A DNA stretch of 64,000 nucleotides. It comes from an uncultured Acidobacteriota bacterium (GTDB lineage Bacteria > Acidobacteriota > UBA6911). Below the pieces are notes generated by a model that saw only the letters and a list, made by a program, of their open reading frames with translations, was not told the DNA's origin and ran no database searches. Shown one piece after another: positions 29,747 to 38,882 of the stretch. Numbering within the stretch: position 1 is the first letter of the stretch; every line of letters starts with the position of its first letter. A program made the position numbers and the translations under genes. Where the stretch lies: contig CAWHCF010000023.1 in the NCBI GenBank assembly GCA_963827655.1, positions 128,001 through 192,000 on the forward strand, read 5' to 3'.

Positions 29747-32251
29747 ATGAAAATCATTCTCTTCTGCGGCGCCTGTCTGAGCGGGCTGCTCCTCTCCTTC
29801 TCGGTCACGCCAGACAAATTCCCCATCCGGGATGAGAAAGCAGCGACCGCCATAAAGCAGCGTTTTGTCGCTCTCACCGATGGCTGGGCGAAAGAAGCAA
29901 TCTTAACCCAAACCGAAAAGGAGGCCATGCAACGAGGACGCCAGTGGGAGACTCTGATGACCACGGGCCTGGATGATCCACTGGCCCGGAGAATTCTGGA
30001 AGCCGGCGAGCCTTCGTACGACGCGCTCGCCGGTTCCTATCCCGGAAAAATCCTCGATCGAACCGTGCTCGGCTCGTACTCGGATCCCGGTCGCAGAACC
30101 AAGACCTCTGATAACGAGTTCGTCGTCTGGTGGAACGGAGCGATTTCAGCTCATCTCATCGAAGGACAGCAGAGCGAAAGAATGCGCATAATTGCCGCCA
30201 ATACGAATGTCGTATTTCGCGTCGGGCCCTCCGCCGAGATGTTCGGCAAGTACGGCGAAAGCTATTCGCGCATCGGGTACGAGGATGGTTATCTCCCGAT
30301 GGTGCGCGCGCGCTACGAACACGACGGAATCCGGTACGAAGAGACGGTGGTGGCGGCCAATCGGGAGGGAGAGACCACCGGGGAAGACACCTGTTACGTA
30401 AGGTTTCAGCTCACCAATGCATCCGCGTCGGCACGCCGCGCGGCGCTTCACGCAGAGATTGTCTTAGCCGACGGCAGCAAGCTGAAATCATCGGGACAGA
30501 GCCTCCTCAACGCTTCGGGGGCCTTGATTCTGGACCACAGTGACGCCGGAGCCGCCTTCGATCAGAACACGCAGCGAATCACCCATGGCCTCGAACTGAA
30601 GCCGGACGAGACGGCGGCTGTCTTTTTCAGGATCCCCTATCTGCCAGACCCGGTGAGAAACGCCGCGCCGCCAACTGCGGCCGAGTTTGATTCCGTCTTC
30701 CGCCGCACGCGCGAGTTCTGGACCGACCTTCTGTCGTCGAGCATCAAGATCAACGTTCCTGAAGAGCGGGTCAATAAGATCTGGCGCGCGCTGCTGCTTC
30801 AGAACTTCATCCTTGCAGACGGCCCGCGATTCACGTACGGCGCCGGGCTCTGGTACAACAGCTCCTACTTTCCGGTCGAGAATGGCATGGGGACCAACGA
30901 TTTCGCCTTTTATGGCTTCGGCGACTACTCCCATGCTCTTTTACCCTTCTGCATGCAGACCAGCATCCATCCGGATCAGGCGGGGCGAAAATATCAGAAT
31001 CGCCGCGGGGTCGCTCTCCATCATCTCTACGAGAATTACCGCCTGGCGCGAAAAATGGATGTCTTCAATCAATACCGAAAGGACCTGTTCCGGGTAGCGG
31101 ACGAAATCATCGCCGATCGTAAAAGCACGATGGTGGAGCAAAACGGCAAGCGACCTCTTCACTGGGGTTTGCTTCCGCCCGACCGTCCGGGAGCCGATGA
31201 CCTGGGCGGGAAATATACCATGTACGTTCTGGCTCACAACATCACGAGTTGCCAGGGTCTGCAGGATTTCGGAAATCTCCTGGTCAAGAGCGGCGCGGAC
31301 AGGACGCGCGGCGAGAAGTATCTTCGAGAAGCGGATGATTTTCGCAAGACGATCTTAGCCGCCCTCAAAGCCAGCGTGATTCGGTCTCAAGGGCGGCCCC
31401 CCTTCGTGCCCCTCGAAACCCTTTATTTCAAGGAGACGCCCGATTACGGACCCGAGCCCTATGACGACCTCGCCCGCGGCCGGGTCCAGGGAACTTACTA
31501 TCACTACTGGGCCGATATGGAGCTGGGCTACAACTTCTTTGATGCCGACGACCCATTAGCCCGCTGGATTACAGATTACCTCGAAATGATGGGAGGGTTT
31601 GTACTGGGCTGTACCCGGAGCCGACACCGGCCCGCGCAGGAATACGGCTGGATCAACAACGTGTATAACTCCGGATACTACAATTTCATTCTTCGACGAG
31701 GCGAGATAGACAAATTCCTGCTCGGTTTCTATTCACGGTTCGCTTTCGGCATGTCCCGTCATGCCTACGTCGCGTCCGAGGGTTCCCCTCTTATCGGTTA
31801 CAACACCAGGAACGGAGGATTTGTCGGCGCGGATTACTCGTTCCCGAATTCGGCGGCCAATTCTGAAACCTTGCGAATGCTGCGCGCGATGCTGATCCTC
31901 GAAGAGTTGAAGAATAATGAAGAGACCGGCGACATCTATCTGGCGCGCGGCGTTCCGCGCGCCTGGTTCGATCAGGGAAAGAGAATCGAGGTTGCTGACG
32001 CCCCGACCTATTTCGGCAATCTCTCGTTCACCATTGAATCCAGGATCTCCGAAGGACTGATTCGAGCCACAATCAGACCTCCGGCGCGCGACGCCTACAG
32101 GAACATCGTGATTTCTGTGCGTCACCCCGGGAAGATCGCCATGCGCGAAGTCAAGGTCAATGGCAAGCCACACCGCGATTTCGATTCACGGGAGGGGTGG
32201 GTGCGGCTCCCTTCCGGGTCCAAAGAATTCGCCGTCGAAGCTTTCTTTTAA
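29747..32251 (+). CDS. Secreted hypothetical protein, probable six-hairpin glycosidase-like fold
   Basis: Signal peptide MKIILFCGACLSGLLLSFSV; W....KINVPEERVN; C-terminal LARGVPRAWF...APTYFG.LSF beta-sandwich typical of (alpha/alpha)6 hydrolase-like proteins. Confidence 0.6.
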   Translation: MKIILFCGACLSGLLLSFSVTPDKFPIRDEKAATAIKQRFVALTDGWAKEAILTQTEKEAMQRGRQWETLMTTGLDDPLARRILEAGEPSYDALAGSYPGKILDRTVLGSYSDPGRRTKTSDNEFVVWWNGAISAHLIEGQQSERMRIIAANTNVVFRVGPSAEMFGKYGESYSRIGYEDGYLPMVRARYEHDGIRYEETVVAANREGETTGEDTCYVRFQLTNASASARRAALHAEIVLADGSKLKSSGQSLLNASGALILDHSDAGAAFDQNTQRITHGLELKPDETAAVFFRIPYLPDPVRNAAPPTAAEFDSVFRRTREFWTDLLSSSIKINVPEERVNKIWRALLLQNFILADGPRFTYGAGLWYNSSYFPVENGMGTNDFAFYGFGDYSHALLPFCMQTSIHPDQAGRKYQNRRGVALHHLYENYRLARKMDVFNQYRKDLFRVADEIIADRKSTMVEQNGKRPLHWGLLPPDRPGADDLGGKYTMYVLAHNITSCQGLQDFGNLLVKSGADRTRGEKYLREADDFRKTILAALKASVIRSQGRPPFVPLETLYFKETPDYGPEPYDDLARGRVQGTYYHYWADMELGYNFFDADDPLARWITDYLEMMGGFVLGCTRSRHRPAQEYGWINNVYNSGYYNFILRRGEIDKFLLGFYSRFAFGMSRHAYVASEGSPLIGYNTRNGGFVGADYSFPNSAANSETLRMLRAMLILEELKNNEETGDIYLARGVPRAWFDQGKRIEVADAPTYFGNLSFTIESRISEGLIRATIRPPARDAYRNIVISVRHPGKIAMREVKVNGKPHRDFDSREGWVRLPSGSKEFAVEAFF

Positions 32252-32289
32252 CCCGTTCTGAAGCGCTTCATGGAGTGCGGTAGCTTGCT

Positions 32290-32586
32290 CTGAACTTTAC
32301 ACGCATCTTTGTATTCGTCAGAACAAATGGTTACGCCAGCTCGCGCCCTGAAAGGGCGAAAGAAATTAGCCGGGGGCAAGCGGAGCGCTGCCCCCCGGTC
32401 ACACACAACCAAAGAGACGCGCCCCGGAGGGGCGCTGGACGCTGCCCTTCAATGCTCCTGCGCCCCTTCAGGGCGCATCGACTATAAACTCCAAACCCCG
32501 GGCTGCGCTTCGCTTGCCCGGGCTAATTTCCGTCGCCCCCTCCGGGGCGAAATCGCCGAGAGCGATGAGATGCGTGTAAGGTTAAG
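32290..32586. mobile_element. 297-bp MITE-like element with 19-bp TIRs and an 8-bp TSD, inserted in a GGAGTGCGG REP-like hairpin and carrying an internal GCCCTGAAAGGGC palindromic unit
   Basis: agcttgct-CTGAACTTTACACGCATCT...AGATGCGTGTAAGGTTAAG-agcttgct. Confidence 0.75.
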
Positions 32587-32649
32587 AGCTTGCTACCGCC
32601 TTGGAATGGCGAAGCTTGCTTCGCCATTCCCGCAGCGACCGGCCTGATG

Positions 32650-32730
32650 AGGGAGCCGGACCGGCTTGATAGCCCGTCCGCACATGAACCGGGCGAGTTT
32701 CTGCAACAGTCTCGAATGACCCGCGCCACA
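32650..32730 (+). repeat. Partial copy of the dispersed MITE-like family
   Basis: ggcttgatagcccgtccgcacatgaaccgggcgagtttctgcaacagtctcgaatgacccgcgccacaa matches about 55653-55722. Confidence 0.75.
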
Positions 32731-32779
32731 AGGAGCAAGCAAGCTTGCCGAGTGGGTTGATAGCCGTCCCTACTGTCCG

Positions 32780-33848
32780 TCAAGCTGGCGCAAGGCATAT
32801 TGAGGTGAGTTCGAGCTCGACTTGATCCGGCAGGTCCACCTTCGGTAGCTCGCGATTGAGCCAGTTGAGGGCCTGCCCTGACAGCCGTTGACGCTCGTAC
32901 CTGAGTTGCTCCGGATGGAGGGGTGGGTATACCGCCGGTGATGCGACGAGAACCATGCTGCAGAAGAGCGACGGGATGAGTTCCGGCAATTTGTCGTTGT
33001 CTTGAAGTAGTCGCGAATCGTCAGAGCGAGCAGCAGCTTGTCGCTGAGAAAGCGAATTCTCGGGTCCCATTCAGGACGCAGCGGGCACGGAATGCTAAAC
33101 AGCAATTGTTTTCGAAACCACGGTCCCGGCGACAGGAAGTGAGCCAGACTACCGAGCCCGCAATACTTCAGAATTTCTTCGAAATCCTGGAATCGGTCCC
33201 AAAGGTCCATAGACCACAGCACGCTGGCCCAACTTTGAACCAGGTCCCGGTTTTCTGCGCGGTACAGGTAAGGGCCAAACCGGCGCGCGCATTCGATAAG
33301 CGTCGCTTCGGCAAACACCCTGATAAAAGCGTGCAGATCGGAAGCAGCGGCCCTGTTGTGTACCGCCAAAAGAAGAGCCGACCGCTTATCGGGATATTGC
33401 AGATCGCTGTAGTTGAGCCAGATGTTTGGGTCCTTGTGAAATTCAGTCACTTTCCGGTCGTAATAGTTCCCGCCTGATTCATCCGGTGTCTTGGGTCCGG
33501 GTGGCACGGGTACAGTCACCTGAAGGAACGGATTCTCGGGAGGCCGCATCTCTCCTGTAGGAACCGGGCCCAGTCCGCCCGCAAGGTAGGCTCTTCGAAT
33601 CACCTCCCGAATCTGATCGAGGTTTGCGAATGCGAACTCGTCGCCATTCGCGTCGCGGAAGCCGTCCTGGAAGTTCGCGCGATTGGCGCGAAGCGCCGTG
33701 GAAATCCGCCGACAGGAACCGCTTCAAGATCAGGAACGGTGAGGAACACAGTGGCGGCGCTCGCAATGCTGTCGGCAGGGCGCTGCGACACAAAAGCCAG
33801 CCCGTCTCTCACTGCCCACGCATCGAAGTACCACTGGCTTATCTCCAC
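32780..33848 (-). CDS. Hypothetical protein, about 355 aa, reconstructed across two frameshifts (near 33675 and 33000)
   Basis: GTG (VEISQWYFDAWAV) overlaps the upstream stop; continues as ANFQDGFRDANGDEFAFANLDQIREVIRRAYLAGG and ends ...LNWLNRELPKVDLPDQVELELTSICLAPA. Confidence 0.5.
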
Positions 33849-34672
33849 TGATACCCCCGGCCATGTAGCGTCACGATTCGATACCGGATGCCCCAATCTT
33901 CGAGCGCCCTGATCACACGCTCGCGTTGCTGACACCATCGAAGCTCTACTGCGGTTAACGGGAAACCCTCCTGGCTCCTGTTGATGATGCGAGATTCCAA
34001 GGCTACTTCATCCGGAGATTGCCGTACCTCCTCGAGGAGCTTGGGCGTGATCGTGCCAGGACGATGGACTTCGACAAACTCCTGGTCGTGCAGCGTAAGC
34101 TCGGATACGGTTCCGGTGGTAATCAACCGGTTCGCGTAGCGCAATTCGGGCAGCAGCTTCAACACCAGCATGTCGATAACATCCTTGGCCCATGTCCCTC
34201 CAAGCTGGCTCACCAGCTTCTTCGAATCCAGGCCGGACAATGGAGCCATGAGGAGATCATAAGAATCGCGATCGAAGAGTCTCGTGTCTGGCGGGATCTG
34301 GTCGGGCGCGAGCACCATGCAGTACTCACCGTAAAAGCGGACGCCGGTTCCTCCGAGCGCCACCGCTCCAAAGTAAGTGTCTCGGGCCTGTGCGCCAAAA
34401 CCTAAAAGACTGTCGACCTTCACACGATCCGGCGAAGGCGTTCGGCGTTTGCCGCCAATCACAGGCTCTTCATAAAGATTTCTGTAACGACCATCGGCCA
34501 GGAAACTCAGGAGAGCATCTGAAGAAATGTTAATGACCACGCGCAGCCCGGTCTCGGGATGCTCCATGATCTGTCGGATGATCTGAACGTTCCCCTCGAG
34601 AAACGGATTGGCGTTGCCGTCCTCTTTCTCTCTTTGAAGCCATTGCTCAACGCGCTCTTTCCAGTCGGTCAT
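33839..34672 (-). CDS. Hypothetical protein resembling DUF3626 (possible ADP-ribosyltransferase-like fold)
   Basis: DGRYRNLYE, YFGAV....G..FYGEYCMVL, EFVEVH..G.I....LEEV recall the DUF3626 YGAL..G..YG and YIEAQVHG pattern (from memory). Confidence 0.55.
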   Translation of the reverse strand: MTDWKERVEQWLQREKEDGNANPFLEGNVQIIRQIMEHPETGLRVVINISSDALLSFLADGRYRNLYEEPVIGGKRRTPSPDRVKVDSLLGFGAQARDTYFGAVALGGTGVRFYGEYCMVLAPDQIPPDTRLFDRDSYDLLMAPLSGLDSKKLVSQLGGTWAKDVIDMLVLKLLPELRYANRLITTGTVSELTLHDQEFVEVHRPGTITPKLLEEVRQSPDEVALESRIINRSQEGFPLTAVELRWCQQRERVIRALEDWGIRYRIVTLHGRGYQWR

Positions 34673-34735
34673 GAGAAAAGTAGAGATCGTCCATAGGTTA
34701 CTTCGCGTCTTCGAGTCTTCGCGGTGAGTTTGATC

Positions 34736-36493
34736 CTATCCGACCCCTGCCGCGCCTGAATTCCCGCCCGACCGAACCTTCCGCTCGCGCTTGAGAAACT
34801 CGGCGCCGTGCGCCCCCATTACCAGCCCGGGAACCGGCTTCAATTCGTGCCCCATGGAAACCAATTCCTTGACGATGGAAGGTTCGAGAGAGTTGGCTAC
34901 TTCTCCAGGTTCTTTCGCCTGTATCACGAGTCGCGGCGCCGCTGTCGCCTCGGAGACCGTCGACTTGAAGTCGATGATCCGTTGAGCAAGCTGGGCGCTG
35001 ACGTTGACAATCCGGCGGCCGCCGCGCAAGCCCAGCGCGACATCCCGGTCTGGGAGGCGCACGATCGTGGGAGACACATTGTTGAGCGGCCGTTTGCGCG
35101 CTCCCACAGAATTGACCAGACCCGGATGAGGATCAAACCGGCACATTCCATGACCCAGCGTGATTCCGGTCCCTGGAACCGTAAGGCAGGAACCGAATAA
35201 GCCTCCGTGCGAAATTGTTATCGCAACCAGGTTCCCGGTCTTATCCGCCGCCGAGACATGCATGGTCCCGTGTGGAGAGGGCTCAGGGAGAGCCGGGACA
35301 AGCCGGTCCACATGATTCGGAAACTGCCGGATCGTCTCAGTGCGGCCGGCTGCGTACTCCTTGTTCAACAGCCGGGCAACCGGCACTGTCGCGAAATCGG
35401 GATCCCCGACGTATGAGAGGCGATCACGCCAGGCGAGTTTGAGAATCTCGGCGAGCCGGTGCCAGTACGCCGCGGTCCTGTCCGGGACCGGTTCGAAGCA
35501 TTCCAGCATGTTGAGGATCTGGAGGCTCGACAATCCACCGTTAGGAAGAATAGCCCCGAAGACCTTCGCATCCCGGTAAACGATCTGATAAGGCTCGCTC
35601 ACCCGTGGGTCGAAGCGGGACATATCCTTTCGGGTCAAGATGCCGCCCAGACCCGCAACGTAGTCGGCAATCTTCTGTCCGATCTCCCCCTCGTAGAAGT
35701 CACGCCATCCCGAGGCTGAAATTCGCTCCAGGGTCTTTTTCATATCCGGCCTGTGCCAGATCTGGTCCTTCCCCGGGACCTTCCCGTCGGGCAAGAGGTG
35801 GCGGACACTGGGTTCGTAGCGCCGGATCATGGGCTCCTTTTGCTTGATGGCCTCTGCCGTGGGGCCGAAGGCAAAGCCATTTTCCAGCAGCGTGAGCGAC
35901 GGGGCGACAATCTCAGACCACTTCAAGCTGCCCCATCGCTCCCAGAGTCGGCCAACTCCACCCAGGGTTCCGGGGACGCCCACTGCCAGCGGACCGTACA
36001 CATTGGCGTTGTTTTCGATCCGGCATCCATACTCGTTTTCATTGATGTCTCGAGGCCCTTCCGCCAGCGGGAGCACCTTGAACATGCGTTCGTGAGCGGC
36101 TTCCGGCGCCACGGAGTTCGAGTCCAGCGACCAGACTCGATCCGCCTTGGCCTCCAGCACAACTGCACAGCAGACATATCCTCCGAGGTCCGACAGGTGC
36201 GGCTGCATTATGCAGCCTGCCAGACAGGCCGCCGCCGCTGCATCCATGGCGTTTCCGCCGCGTTCCACGATGCCGGCGCCCACACGAGCGACTTCCTCGA
36301 GCTCGGTGGCGACAGCTCCGGCGCCCGAGATCACCTCCTGCGCCCAGACGACCGATGGCGACGCCAGGGCTCTCGCTCTGGGCAAGCTGGAGATAAGTGC
36401 CGCGCCCGCCACGGTGGCGCCGACGCGGGAAGAGCTCTGCACAAATTCACGACGCGTCAGGCCAGTTCTCTTCTCGCTCCTCTTTGATTTCAT
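34736..36493 (-). CDS. Tat-exported gamma-glutamyltransferase-family (Ntn) hydrolase
   Basis: TRREFV Tat signal, GGNAMDAA, VGVPG, HGTMHVSAAD nucleophile Thr, FGS..VPGTGI. Confidence 0.88.
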   Translation of the reverse strand: MKSKRSEKRTGLTRREFVQSSSRVGATVAGAALISSLPRARALASPSVVWAQEVISGAGAVATELEEVARVGAGIVERGGNAMDAAAAACLAGCIMQPHLSDLGGYVCCAVVLEAKADRVWSLDSNSVAPEAAHERMFKVLPLAEGPRDINENEYGCRIENNANVYGPLAVGVPGTLGGVGRLWERWGSLKWSEIVAPSLTLLENGFAFGPTAEAIKQKEPMIRRYEPSVRHLLPDGKVPGKDQIWHRPDMKKTLERISASGWRDFYEGEIGQKIADYVAGLGGILTRKDMSRFDPRVSEPYQIVYRDAKVFGAILPNGGLSSLQILNMLECFEPVPDRTAAYWHRLAEILKLAWRDRLSYVGDPDFATVPVARLLNKEYAAGRTETIRQFPNHVDRLVPALPEPSPHGTMHVSAADKTGNLVAITISHGGLFGSCLTVPGTGITLGHGMCRFDPHPGLVNSVGARKRPLNNVSPTIVRLPDRDVALGLRGGRRIVNVSAQLAQRIIDFKSTVSEATAAPRLVIQAKEPGEVANSLEPSIVKELVSMGHELKPVPGLVMGAHGAEFLKRERKVRSGGNSGAAGVG

Positions 36494-36525
36494 GCCATCT
36501 CCCCGATTTGACATAACGAAAACAC

Positions 36526-36541
36526 GTTCAGTAAAATGAAC
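36526..36541. promoter_or_regulatory. Putative IclR-type operator 3, between the divergent GGT-family and iclR genes
   Basis: GTTCAGTAAAATGAAC. Confidence 0.7.
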
Positions 36542-36612
36542 ACAGTGTTTGCGGGATGTCGTCGGTCAAGTTTACTTAATCTCCTGTCGCCGCGAGGCAT
36601 AAAAAAGCGGGC

Positions 36613-37404
36613 GTGCTCAAGACGCGAAAGCCCAAAACCTATTCGGTTCCGGCGCTCAACCGCAGTCTCGACATCATAGAACGACTGGTCACTGAGGAGC
36701 GAGGATTGAGTATCACCGAGGTGAGCCACCGGTTCAAAATCCCTAAAAGCTCTGCCTTCGGAATCCTGCAGACCCTGAAGGCGCGGGGCTATGTCGAAAA
36801 AGACAGCGATGATCGCTATTCCCTCACATTGAAGATCTTCGGCCTGGGGAGCGCGCTCATTGATGCGCTCGATTTGCGAAAACAGCTCTACCCTCTGCTC
36901 AAGGAACTGACCGATAAGAGCAGGATCACGGGACACATCGCCGTTCTCGACCAGGGTTACGCCGTGTACGTCGAGAAGGTCGAGGTATTAGGAGCCGTTC
37001 GACTGACCACTGGAATCGGAAAACGGATGCAGGTTCACTCGACGTCGATAGGCAAGGCGTTGATCGCCTACCAACCCGCCTCTGAAGTCGACCGCATTAT
37101 CGCGGAGCGCGGTCTTCCTCGCCAGACCGGCAGAACCGTTTCCAGTGTCCAGGAGTTGAAAAACGAACTGGTCCGGGTGAGGAACCTGGGATATGCGGTC
37201 AGCAACGAGGAAAATGAAGAAGGGGTGCGGGCCGTGGCGGCGCCGATCTTTAACCACTCGGGCAAAGTGGCTGCCGCGGTGAATCTCGGGGGGTCGACGC
37301 TCCAGATCAAGATGAAGGATGTTCCCTCCCTGGGTGAGCTGGTTCGTTCTTACGCTGGCCAGATGTCGCGCAAACTCGGCTACCGGCCGACGGTGGGCGC
37401 CTAG
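36613..37404 (+). CDS. IclR-family transcriptional regulator
   Basis: VPALNRSLDIIE HTH, HSTSIGKAL, GYAVSNEE..GVRAVAAPI. Confidence 0.93.
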   Translation: MLKTRKPKTYSVPALNRSLDIIERLVTEERGLSITEVSHRFKIPKSSAFGILQTLKARGYVEKDSDDRYSLTLKIFGLGSALIDALDLRKQLYPLLKELTDKSRITGHIAVLDQGYAVYVEKVEVLGAVRLTTGIGKRMQVHSTSIGKALIAYQPASEVDRIIAERGLPRQTGRTVSSVQELKNELVRVRNLGYAVSNEENEEGVRAVAAPIFNHSGKVAAAVNLGGSTLQIKMKDVPSLGELVRSYAGQMSRKLGYRPTVGA

Positions 37405-37545
37405 TACTTCGGGTCTTTGCGTCTTGGAGAAGAAGCCCTGGCCCGCTGGATTCGACGGCACAGTTTCCCAGCCTCGACGACTTCGAATCGCGAACAGCCA
37501 GGCTCACCTGCCGATATGAATAGCGGCCTGGGGCGCGCTTTCTTA

Positions 37546-37778
37546 GGGTTCGCGCAGAAATAAGTTCGCATTCTGCTGCAGGCCCCCAGGCCCGCTGGCG
37601 AGGCGCGAGCGACGATGCGTACCCGGTGCGGTACGTGAGGAGCGAGCAACAAAGCCAGCGGGCCTGCGGGCCGCAGCCCGAAGGGGCGCGATCCTCAGCG
37701 TGCGTAGCTAACAAAAACCGGTTCATGATTGACCGCCGCCTCTCGCGCCAGAATGTGAAGTTATTTTTGCGCGAGTCC
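37546..37778 (-). mobile_element. MITE, 233 bp, 18-bp TIRs, TTA target duplication (longer copy)
   Basis: tta-GGGTTCGCGCAGAAATAA...TTATTTTTGCGCGAGTCC-tta; the right TTA is the stop codon of the next gene. Confidence 0.85.
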
Positions 37779-38759
37779 TTAAGTGCCGTTACTATGGTCA
37801 ACGGTTAATACGACTTTCCCTCGCGCATGTCGTTCTTCAAGATAACGTAGAGCATCGGCTGCGCCGCTCAACGGATAACGTCTATCTATGACAGGCGACA
37901 CTTTTCCCGCGGCAAGAAGATCTTTCAGAAAAACCAAATCCTTCTGGTTTGCTTTCCCTATAAAGAAACACGTTTTCTTGCTCCCGATCAGTGACAGTAA
38001 TGGTCCCACTAACATAGCTTGGAAAACTTGAACCAAACCACCTCCGACCAGGACATAAATTCCTTCCTGACTCAGCGCGCGCCTGTAATCGAAAATCGAA
38101 TGATGGGCATTCACACCCATGATCAGATCGTAACGCTGCCCGCTCTGCGTGAAATCTTCTCGAGTGTAATCAATGACATGGTCTGCGCCAATCGATCGCG
38201 CCGTGTCCATATTCCTCGTGCTGCACACGGCAGTGACTTCAGCCCCGAACGATTTGGCAATCTGGACCGCAAACGTACCCACACCACCAGACGCGCCATC
38301 AACCAGAACCTTCTGGCCTTGCTGGATCCGTCCCTTATCACGAAGGCCCTGAAGGGCGGTGATTGCCGCCACTGGTACGGCTGCTGCGTCCTCAAGCGAT
38401 ATGTTGGCTGGCTTCAGTGCCAACTTATCTTCAATAGCACACACATACTCGGCAAACCCTCCCCCATCGAAACCTGTTACCCCGAACACCTCGTCGCCTG
38501 GCTGAAACTGCTTTACGTGTCCGCCAACCGCTTCCACTCGCCCTGCGATATCACAGCCGAGGACCTGGTGTTTTGGTGTGCGCAGTCCCGGGATCAGGCG
38601 GATCAACGGCGCACCTCTCATGGAGAACAAATCCAGTGGATTTACCGATGCCGCGTAGAGCTTTATCAAGACCTCATTGTCCTTGGGGGTAGGTTTTTCT
38701 ACCTCCGTGAACTGCAGCACCTCCGGTGGTCCGTATTGTGTGCGTACAATTGCTTTCAT
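37779..38759 (-). CDS. NAD(P)-dependent MDR-family oxidoreductase (quinone-reductase-like)
   Basis: AASVNPLD, GASGGVGTFAVQIAK, IGADHVIDY, HARGKVV. Confidence 0.9.
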   Translation of the reverse strand: MKAIVRTQYGPPEVLQFTEVEKPTPKDNEVLIKLYAASVNPLDLFSMRGAPLIRLIPGLRTPKHQVLGCDIAGRVEAVGGHVKQFQPGDEVFGVTGFDGGGFAEYVCAIEDKLALKPANISLEDAAAVPVAAITALQGLRDKGRIQQGQKVLVDGASGGVGTFAVQIAKSFGAEVTAVCSTRNMDTARSIGADHVIDYTREDFTQSGQRYDLIMGVNAHHSIFDYRRALSQEGIYVLVGGGLVQVFQAMLVGPLLSLIGSKKTCFFIGKANQKDLVFLKDLLAAGKVSPVIDRRYPLSGAADALRYLEERHARGKVVLTVDHSNGT

Positions 38760-38882
38760 GAGTGCTCTCCAAGAGTGCTTCCGTCGGATCGTGCCGCGTT
38801 CTTGTGGACGTACAACTGGCGGAGCATCCGCAGGGAACGGGCCCAGTTCCTCCCCTTCTCGGGTAAGCCGTCGAACGACGCT

